Positions 28,316-40,234 are shown, counted from the stretch's first letter. The stretch is DNA of 64,000 bases from Rhizobium sp. (GCA_019739215.1 JAHHDR010000025.1:8959-72958), one strand, 5' to 3'. Notes: generated from the letters alone by a model not told the origin. Numbers and translations: made by a program.

Positions 28316-29452
28316 GTGATCATCCAGAGTTTTCTTCGGTGGGCAGAGACGGCGAAGACAAGTGAACGGGCCAGGGCAGCGAACGCGCTCGGCAGGGCCT
28401 GGCTCCAGTCCCACATGACGCATGACGAGCGCGAGGCCGCGCTGATGGCGATGACCTGGCTGCTCGACGATCCGTCGCCCAAGGTGCGCCTGGCCCTGGC
28501 CGAAGCGATCGCGGATGCAGAGGATGTGCCCCGGAGCCTCGTGCTGCCGCTCGCCAACGACCAGCCTCACATCGCCTGTCAGGTCATTTCACGGTCGCCC
28601 GTCCTGTCGGATGTCGATCTGGTCGACCTCGCGGGGCGAGGGGATTCCGTCACGCGCGTGCTGATCGCGTCGCGCTTCATCGTCAGCATCCCGGTCTGCG
28701 CCGCGATTGCAGAGGTCGGGGACGTGCCGGAAATCGAGGCCATGCTCGACAATCCGGGCGCGATCGTCACGCGGGGGAGCCTGCGTCGAATCAGCGAACG
28801 TTTTGCGACCGATCCGCAGGTTCGTGAAATGCTGCTCGAACGGGAGGAACTGCCGTGCGATGCCCGGCATCGGCTTGCCGTGGGAATTTCCGAGTCGCTG
28901 GGCGCCTGCAACCTTATCCGCGAAGTGGTTGGTGAGCGGCGGTTGGAGCGCATCCGCCGCGAGGCGTGCGAAACCGCCACGGTGGTTCTTGCGGGCAGCG
29001 CCCCTGCCGAAGACCTGCCGGCGCTCGTGGAGCACCTGCGATGTGCCGGGTCGCTCACTCCGGCGTTCCTGATGCAGGCGCTCTGCTCCGGTCGGTTCGA
29101 TTTCTTCATGGCCTCGCTGGTCAATCTGTCGGGCATGGAAGATCGCCGCGTCCGTTCGATCATCACGGATGGACGGTTCCACGCCGCGCGCGCACTTTTC
29201 GAATCCGCTGGCCTAGACCGTGAGGTGTCTGAAGTCTTTGTCGAGGCGGTCATGCTCTGGCGCAAGGCCGAGGGCCATGACTACGGCTTCTTTGGCGGGA
29301 TCGCGAGCAAGCTTGTAGCCGGTTTCAGGTCGTCGGGACGGTCCGATGAACAGGCATCGGCGCTGATCGACATGGTCGAGCGGCTCGACATCGCAGAACA
29401 CCGCCAATCCGCACGTGCCTATGCGTCGTTCCTGGCGCTGGCAGCCGCCTGA
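28316..29452 (+). CDS. DUF2336 domain protein
   Basis: LLDDPSPKVRLALAEA and SPVLSDVDLVD motifs. Confidence 0.85.
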   Translation: MIIQSFLRWAETAKTSERARAANALGRAWLQSHMTHDEREAALMAMTWLLDDPSPKVRLALAEAIADAEDVPRSLVLPLANDQPHIACQVISRSPVLSDVDLVDLAGRGDSVTRVLIASRFIVSIPVCAAIAEVGDVPEIEAMLDNPGAIVTRGSLRRISERFATDPQVREMLLEREELPCDARHRLAVGISESLGACNLIREVVGERRLERIRREACETATVVLAGSAPAEDLPALVEHLRCAGSLTPAFLMQALCSGRFDFFMASLVNLSGMEDRRVRSIITDGRFHAARALFESAGLDREVSEVFVEAVMLWRKAEGHDYGFFGGIASKLVAGFRSSGRSDEQASALIDMVERLDIAEHRQSARAYASFLALAAA

Positions 29453-29456
29453 TCGG

Positions 29457-29885
29457 TCAGTCGATGATCTTGCGCGCGACCCAGGAGTAGGTGTCGGTCA
29501 CGACATGGACCGGATAGGAGACGGTTTCCTTGACCCCCTGGGTACTTGGCAGGACGCCCTTGACCAATTGCACGGCACGGGCGGCCATGCCGCGGTCCTC
29601 TGCATTCTCCTGCGGCAACTTTGGAACCGGCGGCAATGACCGGCTTGCGGTTTCAAATTGTGCCGCTTCTTCGGTCGAGTCGGCCAGTGCTGTACTGTCT
29701 GCAGTCTGGCAGACTGCCACCACCATGGGGTGATTGACGTTCGCGTAGCGCAACAGGTGGGTCTCAGACGCCTGATCGCAGGCCGCGATCGTTTGCCATT
29801 GCTGCGGGACCTGTGCGATCGGCGTGCAAGTCGCGCCGTTGTCATCGCAGCCCAGGATGCTCATAACAATGAATGCTGCCTTCAT
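29457..29885 (-). CDS. Conserved hypothetical protein (Cys-containing)
   Basis: MSILGCDD..C...C...VAVCQ pattern. Confidence 0.65.
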   Translation of the reverse strand: MKAAFIVMSILGCDDNGATCTPIAQVPQQWQTIAACDQASETHLLRYANVNHPMVVAVCQTADSTALADSTEEAAQFETASRSLPPVPKLPQENAEDRGMAARAVQLVKGVLPSTQGVKETVSYPVHVVTDTYSWVARKIID

Positions 29886-29938
29886 GGCGCAGGTCCCTTC
29901 GTCAACGGTCACCCGGGTCGCATTCGATCATGGTTATT

Positions 29939-30376
29939 TCATGAATTGAATTTCATGGCCTCGCGGATCAGTTCGGCATTGTGTGCGAGCTGGCCGGCAT
30001 CCTCGTGCGTGCGGGCGTGATGCTTCAGGGCGACGCCCTCATAGACCGGAATGACGTGGAAATGCAGATGGAACACGGTCTGGCCCGCCGGCGCCTCGTT
30101 GAACTGGACGACCTGGATGCCATGGGCATGGAAGGCGCGCTTGGCGGCGCGGGCGATCTTCTGGACGGCGGGCAGCAGCCACATGAAGGTGGTCGGATCG
30201 GCATCAAGAAGGTTGCGGGACGGCGTCTTCGGGATCACCAGCGTGTGGCCGTTGGACTGCGGCATCACGTCCATGAAGGCGAGCGTGTGATCATCCTCGT
30301 AGACGGCGTGGCAGGGGATCTCTCCACGCAGGATCTTGGCGAAGATGTTGTCCGGTTCGTAAGGTGTCCCGTGCAT
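29939..30376 (-). CDS. HIT family protein
   Basis: NIFAKILRGEIP and GQTVFHLHFHVIP histidine triad. Confidence 0.93.
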   Translation of the reverse strand: MHGTPYEPDNIFAKILRGEIPCHAVYEDDHTLAFMDVMPQSNGHTLVIPKTPSRNLLDADPTTFMWLLPAVQKIARAAKRAFHAHGIQVVQFNEAPAGQTVFHLHFHVIPVYEGVALKHHARTHEDAGQLAHNAELIREAMKFNS

Positions 30377-30469
30377 CGTAACTCTCCAGCAATATTGTCT
30401 CGAAGCTTGAACCGTTAGCGCTTCCGTTTCAAGTGTTTCCACGACAGCGCGGCACATGTGTCGCGCCGA

Positions 30470-31645
30470 TCAGTCCTGCTCCTCGGCGATGTTCCGGCGG
30501 AATGGGCCATGTTCGCGCAGGTAGCTGCCCACGGCCTCGACATCGGCGCGCTCGTGGCGAAGAAAGTCGTCGACGGCGCGCCGCAAGCCGGGATGAGCGA
30601 TGAAGTGGGCCGAGTGTGTCGCGACCGGGAGGTAACCGCGGGCAAGCTTGTGCTCCCCCTGGGCACCGGCCTCGACACGGGAGAGCTTACGGGCGATCGC
30701 GAAGTCTATGGCCTGATGGTAGCACACCTCGAAATGCAGGAAGGGGTGGTCCTCGATGCAGCCCCAATGGCGACCGTAGAGCGCATCGGAGCCGATGAAG
30801 TTGATGGCACCGGCGATGTAGCGGCCTTCCCGCTTGGCCATGACCAGCAGGATGTCATCGGCCATGCGCTCGCCGATCAGCGAGTAGAATGCGCGAGTGA
30901 GGTAGGGCCGACCCCATTTGCGGCTGCCGGTGTCCGTGTAGAAGGCGAAGAACTGGTCCCAGACCGACTCGTTCAGGTCACGGCCCGTCAGCCACTCGAT
31001 GGTGATGCCGTTGGCAAGTGCCTCGCGGCGCTCCCTGCGGATCGCCTTCCGTTTCCGGGACGCCAGTGTTTCAAGGAAATCGTCGTGCGTCGCGTAGCCG
31101 GCATTCTGGAAGTGGAACTGCTGGTCGATACGATGGAGGTAGCCATGGGCTTCGAGCACTTCGCATTCCTCCTGCGGAAGGAAGGTGAAATGGGCCGACG
31201 ACAGGCCCAGCGAAACCGCTTCCTGCTTGACGACCTCGGCCAGGGTACCCATCAGACGCTCCCTCTGGTCTCCGCCGACCGCCAGCAAGCGAGGGCCCGT
31301 CGCCGGGGTGAAGGGCACGCTGTGCTGAAGCTTCGGATAGTAGCGGCCGCCGGCGCGCTCGAACGCATCGGCCCAGCCGTGGTCGAAGACATACTCACCC
31401 TGGCTGTGGCTCTTGGCATAGCCGAAGGTCGCAGCGACGAGTTCGCCGTTCTCCTCGATCAGGACGTGCCGGCCCTGCCATCCCGATCGCGGCGAGGCTG
31501 AACCCGACTCTTCGAGTGACGACAGGTAGGCATGCGATATGAATGGGTTATACGCATATTCTAAATTAGCACTTGAAGTGCCGTTGAGCCTTGACCAGCG
31601 CTCCAGCGGCACCTCCTTGAACGATGAAACGATGCGAATGTCCAA
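30470..31645 (-). CDS. GNAT / FemAB-like family protein (DUF482)
   Basis: HSQGEYVFDHGWA, YGRHWG and EAGAQGEHKLARG motifs. Confidence 0.9.
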   Translation of the reverse strand: MDIRIVSSFKEVPLERWSRLNGTSSANLEYAYNPFISHAYLSSLEESGSASPRSGWQGRHVLIEENGELVAATFGYAKSHSQGEYVFDHGWADAFERAGGRYYPKLQHSVPFTPATGPRLLAVGGDQRERLMGTLAEVVKQEAVSLGLSSAHFTFLPQEECEVLEAHGYLHRIDQQFHFQNAGYATHDDFLETLASRKRKAIRRERREALANGITIEWLTGRDLNESVWDQFFAFYTDTGSRKWGRPYLTRAFYSLIGERMADDILLVMAKREGRYIAGAINFIGSDALYGRHWGCIEDHPFLHFEVCYHQAIDFAIARKLSRVEAGAQGEHKLARGYLPVATHSAHFIAHPGLRRAVDDFLRHERADVEAVGSYLREHGPFRRNIAEEQD

Positions 31646-31653
31646 ACGGGATC

Positions 31654-32370
31654 CTATGTCGGGTCGAAGCCCTCGAATGTAATCTGCTCGGCATGGGCCG
31701 CGCTATGCGTCTGCTGGTCAGGATTGCGCACCGTCCAGGAAATGACGGGAACGCCCTTGCTGCGCTGCAATGTAATGTAGTCGTTGGGCAAATGCATGAT
31801 GTTGTAGGAAATAAAGTCGATGCCTATCGCCATGGCTTTTTCGTGCAAGGCGAAGTCTCCCGGTCTGGTGCCTTCCGCCGTCAGCCCGAGCGGCCGGGTT
31901 GTGCCGTGCTCCCTGATATCGCTCAGCAGCCACTGGTCGAAGCTCATCAGGGCGATCGGCCCTTCATACTCTTCGACCAGTTCGAGAACCGATGAGGCGA
32001 AGCCTTCATCATCGCCGTGGCGGCCCTTCAGTTCCAGCACGATCGGGACCCGGCCGCGGACCAGCGAGAGCATCCTGGCGAGCGACGGCACTTTGTCCGC
32101 CGTTTCGCCGATCGACATCAACCCCAGTTCGCCGGAACTCCTGGCGCGGACATCGCCCTTGATGCGGCAAAGCCGCTCCATGTCGTCGTCGTGGAAGATC
32201 ACCGGCACTGCGTCGGCGGCGTATTGCAGGTCGCATTCGATCGCGAAGCCGCGCGCAATGGCGGCTTCAAAGGCGGAAAGGGTGTTCTCCCATACGGCCT
32301 TGTTGCCGTCATGCAGGCCGCGATGGGCGATGGGAGCGCGTATCAGCGCTTCGATATCGGCATGCATCAC
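31654..32370 (-). CDS. Glycerophosphodiester phosphodiesterase
   Basis: IAHRG, ENT, IECD, FHDD and ELK motifs. Confidence 0.92.
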   Translation of the reverse strand: MMHADIEALIRAPIAHRGLHDGNKAVWENTLSAFEAAIARGFAIECDLQYAADAVPVIFHDDDMERLCRIKGDVRARSSGELGLMSIGETADKVPSLARMLSLVRGRVPIVLELKGRHGDDEGFASSVLELVEEYEGPIALMSFDQWLLSDIREHGTTRPLGLTAEGTRPGDFALHEKAMAIGIDFISYNIMHLPNDYITLQRSKGVPVISWTVRNPDQQTHSAAHAEQITFEGFDPT

Positions 32371-32834
32371 TCGACTTCCAGTACAGCGTCGATCTCGACG
32401 GCGGCATTGAGCGGCAGCGCGGCCATGCCAACGGCGGCGCGGGCATGCCTGCCGGCCTCGCCCAGCACGTTAGCCAGCAGGTTGGAGGCACCGTTGGCGA
32501 CGAGATGATGCTCATAATAGTCTGGCGTCGACGACACGAGCACCGTGATCTTGACCACGCGCCGGACGCGGCCGAGATCGCCGAGCGCGGCCTGAACCTG
32601 GGCCAGGATGTTGATTGCGCAGAGCTCCGCCGCCCGCTGGCCTTCGGACGTGTGGACGCCGGCGCCAAGCTGGCCGGTCACCGCAAGCGTGCCGGCCTCC
32701 ATGGGAAGCTGCCCCGAGATATAGAGCATGTTGCCGGATTGGACGAAGGGCACGTAGTTGGCGGCGGGGGCCGCCGCGGCCGGCAAGACGATGCCAAGGG
32801 AGGCCAACCTGGCGTCGATTTCTGCGGTCATCAA
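32367..32834 (-). CDS. RidA family protein
   Basis: ANYVP, ISGQLP, ANGAS and GRHARAAVG motifs. Confidence 0.9.
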   Translation of the reverse strand: MMTAEIDARLASLGIVLPAAAAPAANYVPFVQSGNMLYISGQLPMEAGTLAVTGQLGAGVHTSEGQRAAELCAINILAQVQAALGDLGRVRRVVKITVLVSSTPDYYEHHLVANGASNLLANVLGEAGRHARAAVGMAALPLNAAVEIDAVLEVE

Positions 32835-32955
32835 ATATCTCCCGGAAGATTTTTCTTTTGTCGGTCGGACGGATCGGATATTTCGCCATGTTCGTGGCGA
32901 TCATTGTGCCGACTCTCATTAGCGGCATTACAGCCCGGTGCAACAGGAGATTTGG

Positions 32956-33783
32956 ATGGTGATGAAGCGGATTTCCCGCCTGGCCATGACGACGGCGGTC
33001 CTTGGCGGGATGGCGACGGCATCCGTGGCTCAGGGCCTTTCCGGCCTGGTGCCACATCGCGCCGTCTACGATCTCGAACTCAAGGACGCGGCAGAGAAGG
33101 CCGGTATCAAGGCGATGTATGGCCGGATGGTGTACGAGTTCACCGGGTCGGCCTGCGAGGGCTACAAGGTCGACTTCCGCTTCGTGACCGAGACGGAAGT
33201 TGGTGAAGAAAAGCGCGTCTCCGACCAGCGTAGTTCGACCTTCGAGGATGTCTCGGGTGGCCGTTTCGAGTTCGAATCGCGGTCCTACACCGATGATCGC
33301 CTCGACAAGGAGGTCCAGGGCACGGCCGAGGAGAAGGCGGACAAGATTTCGGTGGAACTGACGTCTCCAAGCGAAAAGCAGGTGGACCTGCAGCCGAGCC
33401 GGTTCCCGACCGAGCACATGCTCGAGGTGATCAGGCTCGCGCGCTCCGGCAAGCATTTCTTCGAGGCGCGAATCTTCGATGGCTCCGACAATGGTGACAA
33501 GGCCGTGTTCACGACCACCGTCGTGGGCTCTCCGACCGCGGTCCTGCCCGACGATTCCGATGCCAAGTCGGCCGGCAGGCTCAAGGACGAGAAGACCTGG
33601 CCAGTGACCATCGCCTATTTCAACGACGAGAAGGCCGATGGCCTGCCGACATACCGGATGTCGTTCAAGCTCTACGACAACGGCATATCGCGCGACCTGA
33701 CGATGGACTATGGCGACTTCGCGCTGTCGGGAAAGCTCGTGAAGCTCGACTTCCTGCCGGAATCGAAGTGCCCGGCCCAATAA
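32956..33783 (+). CDS. eipB: Cell envelope integrity protein EipB (DUF1849)
   Basis: PHRAVYDL, GRMVYEF.GSACEGY, NGISRDL.MDYGDF and C-terminal Cys; sits just upstream of rpsB. Confidence 0.85.
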   Translation: MVMKRISRLAMTTAVLGGMATASVAQGLSGLVPHRAVYDLELKDAAEKAGIKAMYGRMVYEFTGSACEGYKVDFRFVTETEVGEEKRVSDQRSSTFEDVSGGRFEFESRSYTDDRLDKEVQGTAEEKADKISVELTSPSEKQVDLQPSRFPTEHMLEVIRLARSGKHFFEARIFDGSDNGDKAVFTTTVVGSPTAVLPDDSDAKSAGRLKDEKTWPVTIAYFNDEKADGLPTYRMSFKLYDNGISRDLTMDYGDFALSGKLVKLDFLPESKCPAQ

Positions 33784-33854
33784 GGCGGCGTTTTAACGAT
33801 TTTTCGTCAGGCGGACTTGCCTTTCCGGCACTTCACGTTTATGGCCGCGAACAT

Positions 33855-33970
33855 TCCACACGTGAAGTCTGGGGTTGGCCGGGAGAAATCCGGCCTGCTC
33901 CACCCGGTGGCGGGGTTCCGATCCCGCTTCAAGCTTCACGGAGGTTCAACCGGAAAAGGAGTCACAAGGC
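33855..33970 (+). promoter_or_regulatory. Structured rpsB 5' leader (likely S2 autoregulatory element)
   Basis: Long-range stem CGTGAAG (33861-33867) / CTTCACG (33934-33940) enclosing internal hairpins. S2 autoregulation of rpsB-tsf is established in Proteobacteria. Confidence 0.55.
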
Positions 33971-34732
33971 ATGGCATTGCCCGATTTTTCCATGCGCCAG
34001 CTTCTCGAAGCAGGCGTTCACTTCGGCCACCAGACGCATCGCTGGAACCCCAAGATGAAGCCCTTCATCTTCGGTGACCGTGGTGGCATCCACATCATCG
34101 ACCTCGCCCAGTCCGTTCCGTTGCTGCACCAAGCCCTCAAGGTCATCAGCGACACCGTCGCCGGTGGCGGCCGCGTGCTGTTCGTCGGCACCAAGCGCCA
34201 GGCTTCCGAGCCGATCGCCGACTCGGCGAAGCGTTCGGCCCAGTATTTCGTGAACTCCCGCTGGCTCGGCGGCATGCTGACCAACTGGAAGACGATCTCG
34301 AACTCGATCGCCCGTCTTCGCAAGCTCGACGACATCCTGTCGGCACAGGCTTCCGGCTACTCCAAGAAGGAGCGCCTGACCCTCGAGCGCGAACGCGAGA
34401 AGCTTGAAAAGGCCCTTGGCGGCATTCGCAACATGGGCGGCACGCCGGACCTTATGGTCGTGATCGACACCAACAAGGAAAAGATCGCGATTGACGAAGC
34501 CAAGCGTCTCGGAATCCCGGTCGTGGCGATCATCGACTCGAACTGCGATCCGGACATGATCGACTATCCGATCCCCGGCAACGACGACGCCTCGCGCGCC
34601 ATCGCGCTCTACAGCGATCTGTTCGCGCGCGCTGCCCTCGACGGCATTTCCCGCCAGCAGGGTGGATCCGGCATCGACCTCGGCGCAGCCGCCGAGCCGC
34701 TTGCTGAAGAAACGATCGCCGGCGCAGAATAA
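33971..34732 (+). CDS. rpsB: 30S ribosomal protein S2
   Basis: [24 protein letters not shown] and PGNDD motifs. Confidence 0.98.
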   Translation: MALPDFSMRQLLEAGVHFGHQTHRWNPKMKPFIFGDRGGIHIIDLAQSVPLLHQALKVISDTVAGGGRVLFVGTKRQASEPIADSAKRSAQYFVNSRWLGGMLTNWKTISNSIARLRKLDDILSAQASGYSKKERLTLEREREKLEKALGGIRNMGGTPDLMVVIDTNKEKIAIDEAKRLGIPVVAIIDSNCDPDMIDYPIPGNDDASRAIALYSDLFARAALDGISRQQGGSGIDLGAAAEPLAEETIAGAE

Positions 34733-34925
34733 CTGCGACGGTCTTACGTTACGTGGGGCAAAGGCTGGGAACTCGGGTTCTGCGGTCTTTGCCCTTCGAA
34801 CTTTCCGGGATGCGTTCCGGCCTGTCACATGACTGTCACGCATCTCGATAGACTCCGCGCTGACATGGCGGAGCTGGCAGTCCGGACCAGCGCGTCCGGC
34901 CCATCCGGACACAAAGAGGTTTAAA

Positions 34926-35852
34926 ATGAGCACGATCACGGCTGAAATGGTGAAGACCCTGCGCGAGCGCACCGGCGCGGGCATGATGGATTGCAAGAAG
35001 GCGCTGGCCGAAACCGGTGGCGACATGGAAGCCGCAGTCGATTGGCTGCGTGCCAAGGGTATTTCCAAGGCTGAGAAGAAGTCCGGCCGCACCGCCGCCG
35101 AAGGCCTTATCGGCATCGCTTCGGGCGGCCACAAGGCGGTCGTCGTCGAAATCAACTCCGAGACCGACTTCGTCGCCCGCAACGAAGCCTTCCAGGATAT
35201 CGTGCGCGGCGTCGCCAATGTCGCCCTCGGCACCGATGGCAAGGTCGAGTCCGTCGCGGCTGCGATCTACCCGGCAACCGGCAAGTCGGTCGACGACACC
35301 ATCAAGGACGCGATCGCCACCATCGGCGAGAACATGACGCTGCGGCGCTCGATCCTGCTCGAAGTTCCGGAAGGCACCGTGGCCACCTACATCCACAACG
35401 CCGCCGGCGACGGCATCGGCAAGCTCGGCGTGCTCGTTGCGCTGAAGTCCGCCGGCGACAAGGAAGTGCTTTGGTCCGTCGGCCGTCAGGTTGCCATGCA
35501 TATCGCCGCCACCAACCCGCTGGCGATCCGCCCCGAAGAAGTCGATCCTGTTGTCGCCGAGCGCGAGCGCAACGTGTTCATCGAGCAGTCCCGCGCTTCC
35601 GGCAAGCCGGACAACATCATCGAGAAGATGGTGGACGGCCGCATGCGCAAGTTCTTCGAAGAAGTCGCGCTTCTGTCCCAGGCGTTCGTGATCAACCCCG
35701 ACATCACCGTCGGCCAGGCGATCAAGGATGCAGAGAAGCAGGCAGGTGCGGCGATTGAAGTGACGGGCATGGCCCGTCTCCTGCTCGGCGAAGGCGTCGA
35801 GAAGGAAGAGACGGACTTCGCGGCGGAAGTCGCGGCCGCCGTCAAGAAGTGA
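34926..35852 (+). CDS. tsf: Elongation factor Ts
   Basis: [16 protein letters not shown] and NSETDFVA motifs. Confidence 0.98.
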   Translation: MSTITAEMVKTLRERTGAGMMDCKKALAETGGDMEAAVDWLRAKGISKAEKKSGRTAAEGLIGIASGGHKAVVVEINSETDFVARNEAFQDIVRGVANVALGTDGKVESVAAAIYPATGKSVDDTIKDAIATIGENMTLRRSILLEVPEGTVATYIHNAAGDGIGKLGVLVALKSAGDKEVLWSVGRQVAMHIAATNPLAIRPEEVDPVVAERERNVFIEQSRASGKPDNIIEKMVDGRMRKFFEEVALLSQAFVINPDITVGQAIKDAEKQAGAAIEVTGMARLLLGEGVEKEETDFAAEVAAAVKK

Positions 35853-36077
35853 TTATGCACGTCTGTTGAACAGACGCACAAAACTCGGGGCATCGCGTGA
35901 CAACGCGGTGCCCTTCGTGTATCGCCGACTGCCAGTGCATTCGATTCCTGCTTGCGGCGCACCCTGTGCTGCTTGCGCTTTCCGGCCCGGTCCTGCCGAG
36001 CCGTCGAAAGTCAGCAGAACGTTGCTGCCACCCCGCCGGGTGATTGCCCGTGCCGATCCAGATTGACGGGAGAAACC

Positions 36078-36800
36078 ATGACTGCCACCCCGATCTACAA
36101 ACGTGTGCTGCTCAAGGCGTCGGGCGAGGCGCTCATGGGCAGCCAGGGCTTCGGGATCGACGTCGCCGTGGCCGACCGGATCGCGGCGGACATTGCAGAG
36201 GCGAGGGCACTCGGAGTCGAGGTCGGCGTCGTGGTCGGTGGCGGCAACATCTTCCGCGGCGTGGCTGTCGCCTCCAAGGGCGGCGACCGCGTGACCGGCG
36301 ACCATATGGGCATGCTCGCCACGATCATCAACGCGCTGGCACTCGCAACGTCGCTGCGGAAGCTCAACATCGACACCGTCGTGCTCTCCGCCATCGCAAT
36401 GCCGGAAATCTGTGAGAGCTTTTCACAGCGCGCGACGCTCTACCATCTTTCGCTCGGCCGCGTCGTCATCTTCGCCGGCGGTACGGGCAATCCGTTCTTC
36501 ACCACCGATTCCGCGGCAGCATTGCGCGCAGCCGAAATGGGCGCGGAAGCGATCTTCAAGGGCACGCAGGTCGACGGTATCTATTCGGCCGACCCGAAGA
36601 AGGTGCCCGATGCCACGCGCTTCGACAGCCTCAGCCATTCCGAAGTCCTGGAAAAGGGGCTGGCGGTGATGGATGTCGCCGCAGTGGCCCTGGCGCGGGA
36701 GAATCATATTCCGATCATCGTCTTCTCGATTCACGAGAAGAGCGAGTTCTCGAAAATCTTGACCGGCGGCGGCCGCCGCACCATCGTCAAGGACAACTGA
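36078..36800 (+). CDS. pyrH: UMP kinase
   Basis: [13 protein letters not shown] and GNPFFTTD motifs. Confidence 0.98.
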   Translation: MTATPIYKRVLLKASGEALMGSQGFGIDVAVADRIAADIAEARALGVEVGVVVGGGNIFRGVAVASKGGDRVTGDHMGMLATIINALALATSLRKLNIDTVVLSAIAMPEICESFSQRATLYHLSLGRVVIFAGGTGNPFFTTDSAAALRAAEMGAEAIFKGTQVDGIYSADPKKVPDATRFDSLSHSEVLEKGLAVMDVAAVALARENHIPIIVFSIHEKSEFSKILTGGGRRTIVKDN

Positions 36801-36853
36801 AGTCAAGGCGGTCCGATTCCCGACGTCGGGAGGGCCGGGGACAGGAGTGGACA

Positions 36854-37411
36854 ATGGCCAACTTTGATCTCAACGAAATCAAGCGTCGCATGGAAGGTGC
36901 TATCAGCGCCTTCAAGCAGGACATCGCGAGCCTGCGCACCGGTCGTGCCTCGGCCAATGTGCTCGACCCGGTGGTGGTGGAGGCCTATGGCTCCCGGATG
37001 CCGCTGAACCAGGTCGCCAACATCACGGTGCCGGAGCCGCGCATGCTGATGGTCTCCGTCTGGGACAAGTCCATGGTCAAGGCCGTGGAACAGGCGATCC
37101 GCGAATCCCATCTCGGCCTCAACCCGATCGTGGAAGGCCAGAACATGCGGATTCCCCTGCCGGAATTGAACGAGGAACGGCGCAAGTCGCTCGTCAAGGT
37201 CGCGCATGAGTATGCGGAGAAAGCCAAGGTTGCCGCGCGCCATGTGCGCCGCGACGGCATGGACAGCCTCAAAAAGGCCGAAAAGGACGGGTCCATGAGC
37301 CAGGATGACAGCCGCGCGTCATCGGACAAGGTTCAGAAGCTGACGGATGAGACGATTTCCGATATCGATCGCTTGCTTCAGGACAAGGAAAAGGAAATCA
37401 TGCAGGTGTAG
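36854..37411 (+). CDS. frr: Ribosome recycling factor
   Basis: LRTGRA and ELNEERRK motifs. Confidence 0.98.
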   Translation: MANFDLNEIKRRMEGAISAFKQDIASLRTGRASANVLDPVVVEAYGSRMPLNQVANITVPEPRMLMVSVWDKSMVKAVEQAIRESHLGLNPIVEGQNMRIPLPELNEERRKSLVKVAHEYAEKAKVAARHVRRDGMDSLKKAEKDGSMSQDDSRASSDKVQKLTDETISDIDRLLQDKEKEIMQV

Positions 37412-37486
37412 GGTTTTCGAAAAGCAGGCGGCGCATCTTGCGCTCTTGCGTGTTCGATATTCTCAGATCTCGCAGACGGAAACCCC

Positions 37487-38225
37487 ATGATCAACGGACG
37501 TCCGGTTTCGCATCCCGCAGCATGTCGCCATCATCATGGACGGCAACGGCCGATGGGCGCAGCAACGCGGGCTGCCGAGGACCATGGGTCACCGCAAGGG
37601 TGTCGAAGCGGTCCGCGGCGCGGTGCGCGCCGCCGGCGAGGCGGGCATAGCCTACTTGACGCTGTTCGCCTTCTCCTCCGAGAACTGGACGCGGCCAGAA
37701 ACAGAAGTCAACGACCTGATGGGCCTGCTCAAGGCGTTCATTCGTCGTGACCTGGCGGAACTCCACGCAGAAAACGTTCGGATCCGGGTAATTGGCTCGC
37801 GCGAAAACCTTCGCAGCGACATCCTGCCGCTTCTGCTCGAGGCGGAGGAAACCACGCGGCAGAATTCCGGGCTCACGCTCGTCATTGCCTTCAACTACGG
37901 TGCGCGCGACGAAATCGCACGCGCCGCAAAGAAACTGGCGGCGATGGTGGCCGAGGGACGGCTCTCGACCGACGAGATCGACGCCGTGGCCCTCGACCGG
38001 CAACTGGACACGCGCGGCATTCCCGATCCCGACCTCGTCATCCGCACATCAGGCGAAGAACGGCTCTCGAATTTCCTGCTCTGGCAGGCAGCCTATGCCG
38101 AGTTGCTGTTCGTGCCGGAATTCTGGCCCGACTTCACCCGCGAAATCTTCTTCGCGGCCCTCGAAACCTATGCGCGGCGCGACCGCCGTTTCGGTGGGGT
38201 GAAGAGCGCGGCGGTGTCCGGATGA
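37487..38225 (+). CDS. uppS: Undecaprenyl diphosphate synthase (apparent +1 frameshift near the 5' end)
   Basis: [21 protein letters not shown] and RTSGE.RLSNF motifs. The ATG at 37487 is out of frame with the body; deleting one T of GGTTTCG (37506-37508) gives MINGRPVRIPQHV. Confidence 0.93.
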
Positions 38226-39067
38226 GCGTGGAACTGCGGCTACGGATCATTTCGGCCGTCGTGCTGGCGGCCGTGGTGCTGCTGGCGACATGGGCGGGCG
38301 GGCTGGTGTTCAGCCTTTTGGCTGCGGCAATCTCCCTGCTGATTTTCTACGAGTGGACGGCGATGACAGGGCACGGGGCGGTCTTGAACCGCCTGACGGC
38401 GTTCGGCTGGGCCAGTGTCATCATCGTGGCGGCCGAGACCGTGTTCCGCGGCGCTGGGAGCGGTTATTTCGGCAGCCTGCTGATTCTCATCGGCTTCGTG
38501 CTGACGGCTATCGTCATCACCGCGCTCAGTCGCAAGGACTACTGGCTGGCGGGCGGCATATTCTATGCCGGGCTTGCCGGGATTTCGCTGACGGCACTGC
38601 GCGGATCGGGAGAGGCCGGCCTGATCGGCATCCTTTTCATTTTCGCGATCGTCTGGGGCACGGACATTCTTGCCTATTTCTTCGGGCGGGCGATCGGCGG
38701 CCCGAAGCTCGCGCCAGCCATCTCGCCGGGCAAGACCTGGTCCGGCGCCATTGGCGGTACAGTTTCAGGCGTGATCGCCGGGGCTGCCGTCATCGTCATC
38801 TCCGGTCTCGGCCTGACCTATGGCCATATCGTCATCGCCGCCTTGCTCTCGATCTTCTCCCAGATCGGCGATCTTTTCGAATCGTTCATCAAGAGGAAGT
38901 TCGGCGTGAAGGATTCAAGCCACCTTATCCCGGGACATGGCGGCGTGATGGACCGGGTCGACGGCCTTGTCTTCGCCTGTTTCCTGGCGTTTCTGGGCAC
39001 GCTTGCCTTTAATGCGGCCTCTGGCGGTTTGGCGTCAGCCCCGGGCGAGATTATATCTGGCAAATAG
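38222..39067 (+). CDS. cdsA: Phosphatidate cytidylyltransferase
   Basis: SPGKTWSG and [20 protein letters not shown] motifs. Confidence 0.96.
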   Translation: MSVELRLRIISAVVLAAVVLLATWAGGLVFSLLAAAISLLIFYEWTAMTGHGAVLNRLTAFGWASVIIVAAETVFRGAGSGYFGSLLILIGFVLTAIVITALSRKDYWLAGGIFYAGLAGISLTALRGSGEAGLIGILFIFAIVWGTDILAYFFGRAIGGPKLAPAISPGKTWSGAIGGTVSGVIAGAAVIVISGLGLTYGHIVIAALLSIFSQIGDLFESFIKRKFGVKDSSHLIPGHGGVMDRVDGLVFACFLAFLGTLAFNAASGGLASAPGEIISGK

Positions 39068-39094
39068 GCCACGGAATCACATGGACCGTCTCGA

Positions 39095-40234
39095 ATGAGT
39101 GAAATACTGGGCAATCAATGGGTGCTGATGGTACCGGCTTTCCTGCTGGTGATATCGCTCATCGTCTTTATCCACGAGATGGGCCATTATCTCGTCGGCC
39201 GTTGGAGCGGAATCAAGATTCTCGCCTTCTCCTTCGGCTTCGGTCCCGAACTCTGGGGCTTCACCGACAGACACGGGACGCGCTGGAAGATTTCCGCCAT
39301 TCCGCTCGGCGGCTATGTACGGTTCTACGGCGATGCCGATGCGGCGAGCACCCCGGATTTCGATGCTCTCGAGGAACTGCCTCCCGAAGAGAGGGCCAAG
39401 ACCTTCACGGGCGCCAAGCTGTGGAAGCGCGCGCTGACCGTGGCGGCCGGTCCGGCTGCCAATTTCCTGCTCGCGATCGTCATCCTCACCGGCATCTTCA
39501 CTGTCTACGGCAAGTATGTCGCGGACCCCGTCGTGGCGCAGGTCAGCAAGGACAGCGCGGCCGAAGCGGCCGGCATCGTCCAGGGCGACGTCCTGCTGCG
39601 GATTGATGGCAACCTGATCGAGACCTTCGACGACGTGCAGCGCTATGTCAGCATAAGGCCAAGCGTGCCGATGACACTGTCCGTGCGGCGCGGCAGCGAG
39701 GAGATCAATATCCCGATCACGCCGAAGCTCACGGAAATCACCGACCGCTTCGGCAACAAGATCGAGCTTGGAATCATCGGCATCCAGACCGACAGATCAG
39801 CCGGCAATCTTCGCGTCGTGGAGTTCAATCCCGGGCAAGCGATGGTCGAGGCGGTGCGCGAGACGGGGCATATCATCACCGGCACGTTCCGTTATATCGG
39901 CAACATCTTCGCCGGACGGATGAAAGCGGACCAGCTTGGTGGCCCTATTGCGGTCGCACAAGCTGCTGGACAGGTGGCGACGCTTGGAATCATTGCGCTT
40001 CTGCATCTTGCCGCGGTTCTGTCGGTGTCGATCGGACTGCTCAACCTGATGCCCGTGCCGGTACTTGATGGCGGCCATCTTATGTTCTATGCGGTTGAGG
40101 CGCTGCGGGGAAAACCCGTCGGCGAAGCGGCGCAGGGGATCGCTTTCAGGATCGGGATGTTTCTCGTGCTGTCCCTGATGGTGTTTGTGACGTGGAACGA
40201 TATAACCCGCAATCTGACGAGCTGGGTCGGGTAA
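39095..40234 (+). CDS. rseP: RIP metalloprotease RseP
   Basis: HEMGH, PDZ domain and NLMPVPVLDGG. Confidence 0.96.
   Translation: MSEILGNQWVLMVPAFLLVISLIVFIHEMGHYLVGRWSGIKILAFSFGFGPELWGFTDRHGTRWKISAIPLGGYVRFYGDADAASTPDFDALEELPPEERAKTFTGAKLWKRALTVAAGPAANFLLAIVILTGIFTVYGKYVADPVVAQVSKDSAAEAAGIVQGDVLLRIDGNLIETFDDVQRYVSIRPSVPMTLSVRRGSEEINIPITPKLTEITDRFGNKIELGIIGIQTDRSAGNLRVVEFNPGQAMVEAVRETGHIITGTFRYIGNIFAGRMKADQLGGPIAVAQAAGQVATLGIIALLHLAAVLSVSIGLLNLMPVPVLDGGHLMFYAVEALRGKPVGEAAQGIAFRIGMFLVLSLMVFVTWNDITRNLTSWVG

Noticed and set aside
37412-39094. No dxr between frr/cdsA and rseP
   Set aside because: dxr is often located elsewhere in Rhizobiaceae-type genomes; absence here says little without the whole genome.
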